33,817 bases of DNA from a virus, in the UHGV virus genome UHGV-2163408. One strand, 5' to 3'. Positions within the stretch are counted from its first letter, which is position 1. Each line of letters opens with the position of its first letter. The notes beneath the pieces are model-generated. The model did no database searches, was not told the origin of the DNA, and worked only from the letters and a program-made list of their open reading frames with translations. The position numbers and the translations under genes are program-made. This document shows, in pieces, positions 19,801 to 28,551 of this stretch.

Positions 19801-20159
19801 GCGTTCTCCAGTTCGGTGATTTTTATTCCAAGCCGCCCGCCTGGTACTTTCACACCACGAATTACGCGAATGTCATCGAATTGCTCGTCGTCTTCCGCAA
19901 ATCCGGCGTGGATAAGTGAGTCGAGTAAACCTTTCAGGATGTTATCGAGGTCGCGGCGGCGGGAGTCTGGAACGTCTGCGATGACTTTGATGCGGAGTCG
20001 TGATTTGGTGAAAATGTCTAACTTGAGTTGGCGGATGATTTGCTGAACGTCTTTTCGGTATTTCTGGCCTTTATCGCTGATGTAGTATTGGCTTCCCCGT
20101 CTTCGCCAGTAGGTGTTCACCGACGGCGGGTATGGAAGCACAAACTGATATTCGTTCAT
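19797..20159 (-). CDS. rusA: Holliday junction resolvase RusA
   Basis: 120 aa; conserved RusA motifs LPYPPSVNTYWRR and RRRDLDN. Confidence 0.85.
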   Translation of the reverse strand: MNEYQFVLPYPPSVNTYWRRRGSQYYISDKGQKYRKDVQQIIRQLKLDIFTKSRLRIKVIADVPDSRRRDLDNILKGLLDSLIHAGFAEDDEQFDDIRVIRGVKVPGGRLGIKITELENA

Positions 20160-20446
20160 GACTTAATCTTCCCCTCCTTCAGCAGTATCGCCTGCGTCCT
20201 GATCACGCCTTCGAGGTGGTAAAGTCTGGCGTCTTTGTTGTCGAGATTATGGGTGCGTCGGTCGATTTCATCGTGACACGCGCTACAAGCCCATGCGCCG
20301 ATCAGGTCGTCAGGCTTCATTCCCGTTCCGCAAATTCCAGCCATCCGGTAATGTGCCAGAACTGTAGTTTCAGGATTACCATTGCATACGCCGTAAATAC
20401 GTACCTGGCATTCTCTGCCGCGCGCTTCTTTGCGTAGGTTAGCCAT
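20156..20446 (-). CDS. ybcO: YbcO-like nin-region protein (DUF1364-type)
   Basis: 96 aa; MANLRKEARGRECQVRIYGVCNGNPETTVLAHYR... with conserved Cys residues resembles E. coli DLP12 YbcO as recalled. Confidence 0.65.
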   Translation of the reverse strand: MANLRKEARGRECQVRIYGVCNGNPETTVLAHYRMAGICGTGMKPDDLIGAWACSACHDEIDRRTHNLDNKDARLYHLEGVIRTQAILLKEGKIKS

Positions 20447-21168
20447 TAAGCAGCCTCCCCTGTTACTTTCAGCATTCCGTTATCGAGCAGCTTTCTGGTC
20501 AGCCACTGTTGACCACGCCCGGTGATTTTTGTGGTGAACGATATCTGTATTCCGTGATTTGTGTTGACCGCTGTTTCTTTCACTGTGAAATAGCCGCGAT
20601 CCATATATTCCTGCATTGGCACATTGCGCCGGGAACCTGAAGCAATAAGGATTTTGTGATCGCGCATCCACGCAAACAGTTTGTTTGGACCAATACCGAC
20701 AACCTTTGCAAAGTTTCCAATCAAAATTCCGCTGGACTCGCCAACGCGATCGGCAAACTCAACTTTAGGTGCGGCAATTGCGAGCTGGTTTTCCAGTTGC
20801 ATTTTCTGCTCAGCAAGATCAGCAGCAAGGCGCAACGCTTCTGGTAGCGTTTTGGGGATATTAACCGCGGTTTCTTCAAGCTCTCGCCAACGGTCAACAA
20901 GACGAGCGGTGAATTCCGGCGACAACTGGGCTACAACGACAATACTGTCTCGCTTACCTTGTTCGCCCTCAAAAACGTAAGCCTCTACGCCACGAAGTAA
21001 TCCTAAGTTATTGATTTTTTCGAAAACCACCATTGGGGGATTTCGGATCACACCTCGAGCCGCCAGTCGTTCAATAGATTGTTTCACCTTGTCATGACGC
21101 TTACCCACCAACTCAGCGATTTCAATGCTTGTCATTTTGATGGCATTGCCATTTATTAACTCATTCAT
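20446..21168 (-). CDS. Antirepressor-like protein (Rha-type N-terminal domain + KilA-C/ANT C-terminal domain)
   Basis: 240 aa; N-terminus IKMTSIEIAELVGKRHDKVKQSIERL typical of Rha-type regulators; domain assignment from memory, not searched. Confidence 0.6.
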   Translation of the reverse strand: MNELINGNAIKMTSIEIAELVGKRHDKVKQSIERLAARGVIRNPPMVVFEKINNLGLLRGVEAYVFEGEQGKRDSIVVVAQLSPEFTARLVDRWRELEETAVNIPKTLPEALRLAADLAEQKMQLENQLAIAAPKVEFADRVGESSGILIGNFAKVVGIGPNKLFAWMRDHKILIASGSRRNVPMQEYMDRGYFTVKETAVNTNHGIQISFTTKITGRGQQWLTRKLLDNGMLKVTGEAA

Positions 21169-21337
21169 CGTCTTCTTCCTCGTACATTGAGCTATTCGGA
21201 TCGCTCATCAGTTCTGCGCAGCAGTGCTCACACACGTGAACTTCCAGCACATGCAGCTTCTTACCGCAGTTAGCGCACGTTAAAGCTCGCTCGACGCTTT
21301 CTTTCTGGTATTGAATGGATTGGGATGGGCTAAGCAT
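21161..21337 (-). CDS. ninF: NinF
   Basis: Start at 21337 gives [50 protein letters not shown]..., matching lambda NinF as recalled. Confidence 0.8.
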   Translation of the reverse strand: MLSPSQSIQYQKESVERALTCANCGKKLHVLEVHVCEHCCAELMSDPNSSMYEEEDDE

Positions 21338-21719
21338 TATTGGCGTCCTGCAGCATGAGAAAGACAATCATGGCGGCACGGAGTGGATTGTCATATGCGA
21401 CACCAACATTCGGTCCTGCATCATCAAACAAGTCCCTTGCGTTGTCTGTGGCGCACGGCATTGAGGGATTGTCTAAAATTATGCTGATGTTGTTTTCAGT
21501 GATAATCGGCCATGCGTCTGCTGAGTTTACGCATGGGTTAAATGATCCGCGCTCAACTTCTACTTCAACTGCGTCTCCGTTTACAATGTCTCCCTCAAAT
21601 GAGACAAACACCATATCGCCATTCTCACCTTCTTTGTAATCCGGTGATCCGTTATGAATGGCTTCGAATACCGCCACGTTAATTTCAAAATCACTTAACT
21701 GTGAATAATCCATTGTCAT
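21330..21719 (-). CDS. Hypothetical nin-region protein (possibly NinX/DUF2591-like)
   Basis: ORF 21330-21755; start at 21719 ([17 protein letters not shown]...) abuts the ninE stop; acidic; family assignment is a weak recollection. Confidence 0.5.
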   Translation of the reverse strand: MTMDYSQLSDFEINVAVFEAIHNGSPDYKEGENGDMVFVSFEGDIVNGDAVEVEVERGSFNPCVNSADAWPIITENNISIILDNPSMPCATDNARDLFDDAGPNVGVAYDNPLRAAMIVFLMLQDANNA

Positions 21720-21892
21720 TTCCTCGCACGATGTCTTAGCCACCGGATATCCCACAGGTGAGCCGTGTAATTGAAGGTTTTTACGTCAGATTCTTTTGGG
21801 ATTGGCTTGCGTTTATTTCTGGAGCGTTTCGTTGGAAGGTATTTGCAGTTTTCGCAGATGATGTCGGTGAAACTTCGTCGCTGTCGTCTCAT
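21716..21892 (-). CDS. ninE: NinE
   Basis: Start at 21892 gives [51 protein letters not shown]..., matching lambda NinE as recalled. Confidence 0.8.
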   Translation of the reverse strand: MRRQRRSFTDIICENCKYLPTKRSRNKRKPIPKESDVKTFNYTAHLWDIRWLRHRARK

Positions 21893-22299
21893 TCGTACCT
21901 CCTGTCGGTAAATCTGACACCCTGACCAATAGCCCATGCTGTTGTGTACTCGATCAGACTTGCCATACGCTTCACACTCATCTGCGCGCTGCTTTCGCGA
22001 ATGTTGACGTATTCGCCTTCAAGCCCGGGCAAAACATCAGCTTCCTGTTTTGTTGCCACTGCATGACCGCTGATCAACAAAACCTTCCATTGTTCTGGTT
22101 TTAACCATTTATCGCGCCACTGAACTTGCCTAGCGATATCTGCGACCATCGCGTGAAATTTTGCGTTCTGGTCAAGGTTGCGCTTGTAGTCAGTAATGCG
22201 GATGGTGACTGGCTTGTCTTTATCGAGTGGTGTTGCGAGGATGGCATTTATTGCAGCTTGCTGTTGTTGCTTAGTTCGGAGGAAGATTGTTTGCTTCAC
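21889..22299 (-). CDS. ninB: NinB (Orf-family recombination mediator)
   Basis: 136 aa; conserved core [22 protein letters not shown] similar to lambda NinB. Confidence 0.75.
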   Translation of the reverse strand: MKQTIFLRTKQQQQAAINAILATPLDKDKPVTIRITDYKRNLDQNAKFHAMVADIARQVQWRDKWLKPEQWKVLLISGHAVATKQEADVLPGLEGEYVNIRESSAQMSVKRMASLIEYTTAWAIGQGVRFTDRRYE

Positions 22300-22310
22300 T
22301 GAATACTCCT

Positions 22311-22502
22311 TTATTTTTTATGCCTGTAACCCCATTCTTCCAGCAACCTTGCGGCGTACCACCCAAGAAACAAAGGAAAGAACATTACAATGAGATATTT
22401 CCCGCCACGGTCAATGTTCGAAATTGACCAGATTACGATGTAACCAGTGCAGGACAGGAATATTACAAACCCCAAAAAGCTACTTCGTCGACTCATGCTC
22501 AC
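22311..22502 (-). CDS. Small hypothetical membrane protein (two predicted TM helices)
   Basis: 63 aa, two hydrophobic stretches; start overlaps the upstream stop (ATGA). Confidence 0.4.
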   Translation of the reverse strand: MSMSRRSSFLGFVIFLSCTGYIVIWSISNIDRGGKYLIVMFFPLFLGWYAARLLEEWGYRHKK

Positions 22503-22915
22503 TCCTTCACTTTGATTCCAGCGGCGCGGATAGCCTCTACATCGCTTTCGTATTGCGATTCTGCACCTGAGTCATAGCCAATGTGATAATCACCGGGAAG
22601 TGGGCCTTTCTTTGGCTTTTGCAGCTCAATTTCAATAGCTGCTCTCGATGCCTGCCACGTTTGCCAGTGGCCTTGAACATCGTCCATCACGTATTGACCA
22701 CCAATATCACCACTGCCAATTTCATGGTGATTTTCAGGGTAACGGATAAGGTCTGAAGATTCGCCCCCACGTCGTAACCAACTCTCTTCAAACTGGCATC
22801 TGCTTTCGTCATCTTTCATAAGGCAGTCACATTCAATAAAAATCGGCTCTCCCCAAGGAGTAGAACCTCCGCTATCACACATTCCTGTGTTATTGCACTT
22901 TTGGCACTTGCTCAC
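22499..22915 (-). CDS. Hypothetical protein with N-terminal Cys cluster (possible zinc ribbon), acidic C-terminus
   Basis: 138 aa; CQKCNNTGMC ... ECDC near the N-terminus. Confidence 0.45.
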   Translation of the reverse strand: MSKCQKCNNTGMCDSGGSTPWGEPIFIECDCLMKDDESRCQFEESWLRRGGESSDLIRYPENHHEIGSGDIGGQYVMDDVQGHWQTWQASRAAIEIELQKPKKGPLPGDYHIGYDSGAESQYESDVEAIRAAGIKVKE

Positions 22916-22927
22916 ATTAACCTCCGA

Positions 22928-23134
22928 TTAACTCACAAAACGCCACGCCACTTTTGCTACGACAACAGGCATAACACCGATAATCACCCACAGAAAAATG
23001 CTACCGAAAAGCACACCCACCAGGTCTTTACCTTCGCCTACCAACCGGACAAAACAGCCAGCAACCACAATGAACGTCGCCACCATCCACAGAGCACCGA
23101 GAAGCCTCAATGCAGAGAAAATCAACTCAACCAC
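22928..23134 (-). CDS. Small hypothetical membrane protein (two predicted TM helices)
   Basis: 68 aa; GTG start at 23134 with GGAGAG upstream; strongly hydrophobic. Confidence 0.4.
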   Translation of the reverse strand: MVELIFSALRLLGALWMVATFIVVAGCFVRLVGEGKDLVGVLFGSIFLWVIIGVMPVVVAKVAWRFVS

Positions 23135-23157
23135 GATTTACTCTCCCCCAAATAAAA

Positions 23158-23181
23158 AGGCCTGCGATTACCTGCAGGCCT
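23158..23181 (-). terminator. Hairpin terminator downstream of ren (tR2-like position)
   Basis: Minus strand AGGCCTGC-aggtaatc-GCAGGCCT followed by TTTTTATTTG. Confidence 0.5.
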
Positions 23182-23206
23182 GTTATTAGCTCAGTGATGT
23201 AGATGG

Positions 23207-23497
23207 TCATCTTTTAACTCCATATACCGCCAATATCCGTTTCATCGTGGCACTCTGGCGACACTCCTTAAAAATCAGGTTCGTGCTCATCTTTCCTTCC
23301 CGTTCTTCCTTGGTAGCAAACCGGTAATACACCGTTCGCCAGACCTTACCTTCGATAACCAGAAGACCTGCCCGTGCCATTTTAGCCGCGGCCTGATTTA
23401 TGCTGGTTACTGTTGCGCCTGTTAGCGCGGCAACGTCCGGCGCACAGAAGCTATTATGCGTCCCCAGGTAATGAATAATTGCCTCTTTGCCCGTCAT
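23207..23497 (-). CDS. ren: Ren
   Basis: 96 aa; MTGKEAIIHYLGTHNSFCAPDVAALTGATVTSINQAAAKMARAG... matches lambda Ren as recalled. Confidence 0.9.
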   Translation of the reverse strand: MTGKEAIIHYLGTHNSFCAPDVAALTGATVTSINQAAAKMARAGLLVIEGKVWRTVYYRFATKEEREGKMSTNLIFKECRQSATMKRILAVYGVKR

Positions 23498-24183
23498 ACA
23501 CTTGCTCCTTTCAGTCCTAACTTAGCTTTAATTTCTGCGATCTTCGCCAGCGCCTGAACACGATTTAGAGGTCTGCCGCCCATGACAGGAAGTTGTTTTA
23601 CTGGTTCAGGTATCGTCTCACCACGGTTAATTCGCGCTGTCATACAGGTCAGTTCATCGGCAGCCTTGCGTCGTAATTCCGCGTCAGTCAGCGCATTGGC
23701 CCGCATGTTCTGGTACAGGTTGGTAACCAGCCAGTAGTGCGCGTTCGATTTCCACGGATAAGACTCTGCATCCGGATACAGGCCTCGCTTCCGGCAATAC
23801 TCGTAAACCATATCAACCAGCTCGCTGACGTTTGGCAGTCCGGCGATAANNNNNNNNNNNNNNNNNNNNNNNNNNNNNNNNNNNNNNNNNNNNNNNNNNN
23901 NNNNNNNNNNNNNNNNNNNNNNNNNNNNNNNNNNNNNNNNNNNNNNNNNNNNNNNNNNNNNNAAAGCCAGAACCCACTGGCGGCGGATTTCGTTCAGTTC
24001 GTTCTGGTCACGGTTAGCCAGACTCGCCGGGAAAGTTGCCAGTAACTGGCTGAACACACCGTTGATGATCTGCGCTACCTGCTGTACCTGCGGCTTTTCG
24101 TCGTACTGTTCCGGCATGTTGTTGGCGATCCGACGCATCTGCTCACGGTCAAAATTAACCATCTGTGCGGCGATGTTTTTCAT
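23494..24183 (-). CDS. P: Replication protein P (helicase loader); interrupted by an assembly gap
   Basis: N- and C-terminal parts match lambda P (MKNIAAQMVNFDREQMRRIANNMPEQYDEK...); 113 N at 23850-23962 lie inside the gene. Confidence 0.8.
   Translation of the reverse strand: MKNIAAQMVNFDREQMRRIANNMPEQYDEKPQVQQVAQIINGVFSQLLATFPASLANRDQNELNEIRRQWVLAXXXXXXXXXXXXXXXXXXXXXXXXXXXXXXXXXXXXXXXIAGLPNVSELVDMVYEYCRKRGLYPDAESYPWKSNAHYWLVTNLYQNMRANALTDAELRRKAADELTCMTARINRGETIPEPVKQLPVMGGRPLNRVQALAKIAEIKAKLGLKGASV
23850..23962. other. Run of 113 ambiguous bases (assembly gap or masked region)
   Basis: Literal n characters in the sequence. Confidence 1.
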
Positions 24184-25079
24184 AAATCCACCCCGTAAAT
24201 CCAGTCAGTGTTTGTCAGGTCGAGTTTTGGTTTGCAGGCTGTCACACCTGCCTGTTGCTTGTTACGGTTGATTTCGAGCTGGGTCCACTTGTCGCGGAGT
24301 TTGGCCGGGCTCAGCACGTTACCGGACCAGAAGTTGTCCTGGCATGCCCAGCGGAACAGTACACACATGTCGCGATGGTTACGTCCGTCACGTTCACGCA
24401 TCAGGCGGATATCGTTAGCCCACCCTGCAAAATTCGGTTTTCTGGCTGATGGCGCGATGGTCTTCACCATGTCAAACATCCATTCTGCGGCGGTCAGGTC
24501 TTCTGCTGTCCCCCACTTGCTGCCGCTCTGAATTGCAGCATCCGGTTTCACCACAGAAAGGTCGTTTTCTGGCTGGTCAGAGGATTCGCCAGAATTCTCT
24601 GACGAATAATCTTTTCTTTTTTCTTTTGTAATAGTGTCTTTTGTGTCCCCCTGTTTTGAGGGATAGCAATCCCCCAATTTGAGGGATGTTTTATCCCTCG
24701 TTTTAGGGGATTTTCCCTCGTTTTGAGGGATACACCATTCTGAGATGTTTTTATTTGGTCCAAACATGCCGCCTTGCTGCTTGATAATATTCATTCTGAC
24801 GAGTTCTAACTTGGCTTCATTGCACCGTTTGACGGGTAACTTTGTAATCTCGCTAAGTTGAGAATCGGTGATTCTGTCCATTGGTTTATTCCATCCATAG
24901 GTTTTACGCAGAATGGCAAGCAGCACTTTAAACTGTCGCTTGGTCAGATCTGCGCCTGAATAAGCCTCAAGCAGCATATTTGATAGTCTGGCGTAACCAT
25001 CATCGAGATCTGCCACATTACGCTCCTGTTTGGCAAAGTTACCTCTGTAGAAGTTGAGTATTTTTGCTGTATTTGTCAT
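24180..25079 (-). CDS. O: Replication initiator O
   Basis: 299 aa; MTNTAKILNFYRGNFAKQERNVADLDDGYARLSNMLLEAYSGADL... matches lambda O; contains the origin iterons. Confidence 0.95.
   Translation of the reverse strand: MTNTAKILNFYRGNFAKQERNVADLDDGYARLSNMLLEAYSGADLTKRQFKVLLAILRKTYGWNKPMDRITDSQLSEITKLPVKRCNEAKLELVRMNIIKQQGGMFGPNKNISEWCIPQNEGKSPKTRDKTSLKLGDCYPSKQGDTKDTITKEKRKDYSSENSGESSDQPENDLSVVKPDAAIQSGSKWGTAEDLTAAEWMFDMVKTIAPSARKPNFAGWANDIRLMRERDGRNHRDMCVLFRWACQDNFWSGNVLSPAKLRDKWTQLEINRNKQQAGVTACKPKLDLTNTDWIYGVDL
24605..24735. other. Lambda-type replication origin: AT-rich segment plus four about 19-bp iterons inside the O gene
   Basis: Four direct copies of the TCCCTC-N-TTTTGAGGGAT type at about 24645-24731, preceded by T-rich 24611-24644. 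Confidence 0.85.
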
Positions 25080-25111
25080 AATGACTCCTGTGGATTGATC
25101 CAGTAATGACC

Positions 25112-25405
25112 TCAGAATTCCATCTGGATTTGTTCAGAACGCTCGGTTGCCGCCGGGCGTTTTTTATTGGTGAGAATCGAAGCAACTTGTCGTGCCAATC
25201 GAGCCATGTCGTCGTCAACGACACCCCATTCAAGAACAGCCAGAAGCATTCCCATTTTTGGGATGAAGCTGTCTTTCCATCGTGAAATTTGCGATTCATT
25301 AATCCCTAACGCGTCGGCAACCTTTCGCTGACCACGTACAGCAATTCGATTCAGGATGTTGCTTGTAATTGCATTCGCTTTCTTGCGAGTACTTGTAAGT
25401 TCCAT
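25112..25405 (-). CDS. cII: Transcriptional activator cII
   Basis: Start at 25405 gives 97 aa; C-terminal two-thirds (QISRWK...MLLAVLEWGVVDDDMARLARQVASILTNKKRPAATERSEQIQMEF) matches lambda cII; N-terminal third differs. Confidence 0.85.
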   Translation of the reverse strand: MELTSTRKKANAITSNILNRIAVRGQRKVADALGINESQISRWKDSFIPKMGMLLAVLEWGVVDDDMARLARQVASILTNKKRPAATERSEQIQMEF

Positions 25406-25463
25406 ATGTAAGTATTTCCTTAACAAATAAGAAGTTATGCGCATCAACTTATGCGCGTTGTAT

Positions 25464-25507
25464 TCCCGCATTTCGGCGGGAATGAGGACCATGACTGTTA
25501 AAGAGCG
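25464..25507 (-). promoter_or_regulatory. nutR (boxA CGCTCTTTAACA + boxB hairpin TCCCGCCGAAATGCGGGA)
   Basis: Minus-strand boxA-like element 8 nt after the cro stop, followed by a 6-bp stem hairpin identical to the one upstream of N. Confidence 0.6.
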
Positions 25508-25514
25508 GTGTTAC

Positions 25515-25715
25515 TTATGCAGTTGTTTTTTTGTTGCTTGGGAAGGGCTTTATTTCTTCCGCATAAACGCTTCCATCAGCGTTTATAGTTAAAAAAATAT
25601 TTCGGCCTGCATGAATGGCCTTGTTGATCGCGCTTTGATATACGCCGAGATCTTTAGCCGTCTTGGTTTGACCAAAGCGCATTGCATAATCTTTCAGGGT
25701 TATGCGTTGTTCCAT
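25515..25715 (-). CDS. cro: Cro repressor
   Basis: 66 aa; [38 protein letters not shown]... matches lambda Cro. Confidence 0.95.
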   Translation of the reverse strand: MEQRITLKDYAMRFGQTKTAKDLGVYQSAINKAIHAGRNIFLTINADGSVYAEEIKPFPSNKKTTA

Positions 25716-25741
25716 ACAACCTCCTTAGTACATGCAATCAT

Positions 25742-25805
25742 TATCACCGCTAGAGGTAAAATAGTCAACACGCACGGTGTTAGATATTTATCCCTTGCGG
25801 TGATA
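25742..25805. promoter_or_regulatory. Right operator OR1-OR2-OR3 with divergent PR and PRM promoters
   Basis: Three 17-bp lambda-type operators: TATCACCGCTAGAGGTA 25742-25758, CAACACGCACGGTGTTA 25766-25782, TATCCCTTGCGGTGATA 25789-25805. Confidence 0.9.
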
Positions 25806-25812
25806 GATTTAA

Positions 25813-26529
<717 letters not shown>

Positions 26530-26595
26530 TATATGTGAAATGCATATATTGATATAAATGCAGCAATATCAAATAGTTAAAAGGTTATATTTTTA

Positions 26596-26976
26596 ATGAA
26601 TGATCTTGATAAGAAAAAGTACGACCAAGTTATTGATTCTGTGAACTTCGCCCTTAGATCGTTGTCAGAGTTATTCGAAGCCCATGGAATGCATGGGATG
26701 TATGATCTAACGAATCCAAGCCTTGATGAGCTAAAATTAGTGTTTACAAGGATGAAAAACGGAGTTGACTCTATTGCTCAAAGCTTTGAGCATATGGTAG
26801 AGACAGCAAAGGATATGGATGCCGCAAGTGCAAGCATAAATGTTATGAACATCAAGCAAGGATTGATGTATGCTGAATCACTATTGCTTGCTGTAGAGAA
26901 ATTAGACTATGATAAATGTGTGGAAGCAAATACGCAGATAAAAACCCACGATCTTCCACCAACCCAATGGCCTTAA
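26596..26976 (+). CDS. Hypothetical AT-rich cargo protein downstream of cI (rexAB position)
   Basis: 126-aa ORF, visibly lower GC than flanking lambda-like DNA; same strand as cI; no TM segment; not recognised. Confidence 0.5.
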   Translation: MNDLDKKKYDQVIDSVNFALRSLSELFEAHGMHGMYDLTNPSLDELKLVFTRMKNGVDSIAQSFEHMVETAKDMDAASASINVMNIKQGLMYAESLLLAVEKLDYDKCVEANTQIKTHDLPPTQWP

Positions 26977-27045
26977 TAGTAAATCAAGATTTCATATAGT
27001 CTATTTGAACTAGGCTAGTACCATAAAATAAACCGAGGAAACGCA

Positions 27046-27147
27046 ATGAAAACCATGTCCACTCTGCACAAAGATGCAATGACCCTGAGATCTCTCATTA
27101 ACGAGATTCTGGCTCGCTCGTCAGCACACACCAAAAAAGCTGCATAA
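27046..27147 (+). CDS. Possible small ORF (33 aa) upstream of the immunity terminator
   Basis: ATG at 27046 with GAGGAAA upstream; MKTMSTLHKDAMTLRSLINEILARSSAHTKKAA; ends 12 nt before a terminator; weak support. Confidence 0.25.
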   Translation: MKTMSTLHKDAMTLRSLINEILARSSAHTKKAA

Positions 27148-27158
27148 TGCCTACATAA

Positions 27159-27181
27159 CCCGGCCTCATCGCCGGGTTTTC
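27159..27181 (+). terminator. Rho-independent terminator ending the cI operon (timm-like)
   Basis: CCCGGC-ctcatc-GCCGGG followed by TTTTCTTTG. Confidence 0.55.
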
Positions 27182-27340
27182 TTTGCCTCACGATCGCCCC
27201 ACCTAAAAACACATAACCAATTGTATTTATTTGAAAATTAATAGATACAACTCACTAAACATCGCAATTCAGATCTCTCGATCACCTTCCCAATCCACAC
27301 AACCCTGCAAAAAATAAATCTATATAAAAAACATACAGAT

Positions 27341-27403
27341 AACCATCTGCGGTGATAAATTATCTCTGGCGGTGTTGACACACATACCACTAGCGGTGAT
27401 ACT
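27341..27403 (+). promoter_or_regulatory. Left operator OL3-OL2-OL1 with PL promoter
   Basis: AACCATCTGCGGTGATA 27341-27357, TATCTCTGGCGGTGTTG 27361-27377, TACCACTAGCGGTGATA 27385-27401; -35 TTGACA 27375-27380, -10 GATACT 27398-27403. Confidence 0.85.
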
Positions 27404-27448
27404 AAACACATCAGCAGGACGCTGGCAGCCAAACGGAACAGATTGGCA

Positions 27449-27490
27449 GGCTCTTTAACATTGATGGGATTGTCCCGCCGAAATGCGGGA
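27449..27490 (+). promoter_or_regulatory. nutL (boxA GGCTCTTTAACA + boxB hairpin TCCCGCCGAAATGCGGGA)
   Basis: Between PL and N; boxB identical to the nutR copy. Confidence 0.6.
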
Positions 27491-27597
27491 ACCAAAGAGT
27501 AGTTGGCTTTGGGGTGACGTGAAGTGCAGCTGCACGACGGCAACCGGAAGATAAGCACCCGGCGCGTCACCGCCAAAGTCAATCATCGGAGGTCAAC

Positions 27598-27903
27598 ATG
27601 ACAGTCGTCATTACATATCTGGCTGACGATAACACCAGAAATCGCCGCAGAGCACGCAGACAGGCTCAACGTGAGCAGGCAATGCAAGAACAGCGACTGG
27701 CGCGAAAAATTGCGCTAAAGCTCTCTGGTTGCGTCAGAGCAGATAAAGCAGCATCACTCGGAAGCCTTCGCTGCAAGAAGGCAGAAGAAGTCGAGAGTAA
27801 ACAGAATCGTATTTACTACCGCAAGCCACGCAGTGAAATGGGTGTGACCTGTTCAGGCCGCCAGAAGCAACGCGGAAAATCAATTCCAGCTTATTACGAT
27901 TGA
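27598..27903 (+). CDS. N: Antiterminator N (N family, not the lambda allele)
   Basis: 101 aa; GGAGG ribosome-binding site; arginine-rich motif NRRRARRQAQREQ near the N-terminus; C-terminal GVTCSGRQKQRGKSIP resembles lambda N GITCSGRQKIKGKSIP. Confidence 0.8.
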   Translation: MTVVITYLADDNTRNRRRARRQAQREQAMQEQRLARKIALKLSGCVRADKAASLGSLRCKKAEEVESKQNRIYYRKPRSEMGVTCSGRQKQRGKSIPAYYD

Positions 27904-27911
27904 GGTGAGCC

Positions 27912-28049
27912 ATGCTCAAGAAAGTCAAACGCCGACTTTACAAAGAAGGTAGATATTCATGCCATTTGCCAAAATGCGACACAGCAAAATGGAGTGTCGA
28001 TGATTGGTGTAACTGGATAGATAGATACGGAACTTGGTGGGATAAATAA
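27912..28049 (+). CDS. Possible small Cys/Trp-rich ORF (45 aa)
   Basis: ATG at 27912 just after the N stop with GAGGTGA upstream; MLKKVKRRLYKEGRYSCHLPKCDTAKWSVDDWCNWIDRYGTWWDK. Confidence 0.3.
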   Translation: MLKKVKRRLYKEGRYSCHLPKCDTAKWSVDDWCNWIDRYGTWWDK

Positions 28050-28103
28050 CAGGTAACTTAAGCGGATTTATTTTCGCAGCAAACCACTTATTTGAGGTGA
28101 GAT

Positions 28104-28367
28104 ATGGACGAGAAAATTAAATCATTGAAGCCAGGAATTGTTATCAGAGACATAAGTGGTTATTACGATACAGAGACATATGATATTTTATATGTGCATG
28201 CAGATGGAAAATGTCAGTATTCGAACGACATTTTTAATAATAAAGGCGATGCCGAAATTGCTGCCACCACAGTTAATAAAGAGCTCGTAGCTAACGAGTC
28301 GTGGGATTATTTTATGCCATCATCCACTTCTATGAACTGGAAAGTGGTTTTGTACATTCCATCATAA
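28104..28367 (+). CDS. Hypothetical AT-rich cargo protein between N and cIII
   Basis: 87-aa ORF with GAGGTGA ribosome-binding site; low GC; not recognised. Confidence 0.45.
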   Translation: MDEKIKSLKPGIVIRDISGYYDTETYDILYVHADGKCQYSNDIFNNKGDAEIAATTVNKELVANESWDYFMPSSTSMNWKVVLYIPS

Positions 28368-28407
28368 TTGTAGCTGCCGTTCAAAAATGAAAGTAAATCT
28401 AACATCA

Positions 28408-28433
28408 CAGGCCGCATAGTCGGCCTTCTTTTG
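28408..28433 (+). terminator. Rho-independent terminator (tL1-like)
   Basis: AGGCCG-catagt-CGGCCT followed by TCTTTTGG. Confidence 0.5.
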
Positions 28434-28551
28434 GCATAAACAACAGAATAAACACTGCACTGTGTATTCATTCCAACGAGTGAATACACTGAGCAATGTC
28501 GCTCGTAACTAAACAGGAGCCGACTTGTTCTGATTGTTGGAAATCTTCTTT

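Noticed and set aside
23737-24045. 102-aa plus-strand ORF spanning the N run
   Set aside because: Open frame is created by the ambiguous bases and lies antisense to gene P.
24645-24731. Direct repeats that could be mistaken for a CRISPR array
   Set aside because: Only four about 19-bp repeats without spacers of CRISPR length, located inside gene O next to an AT-rich segment; they are the lambda-type origin iterons.
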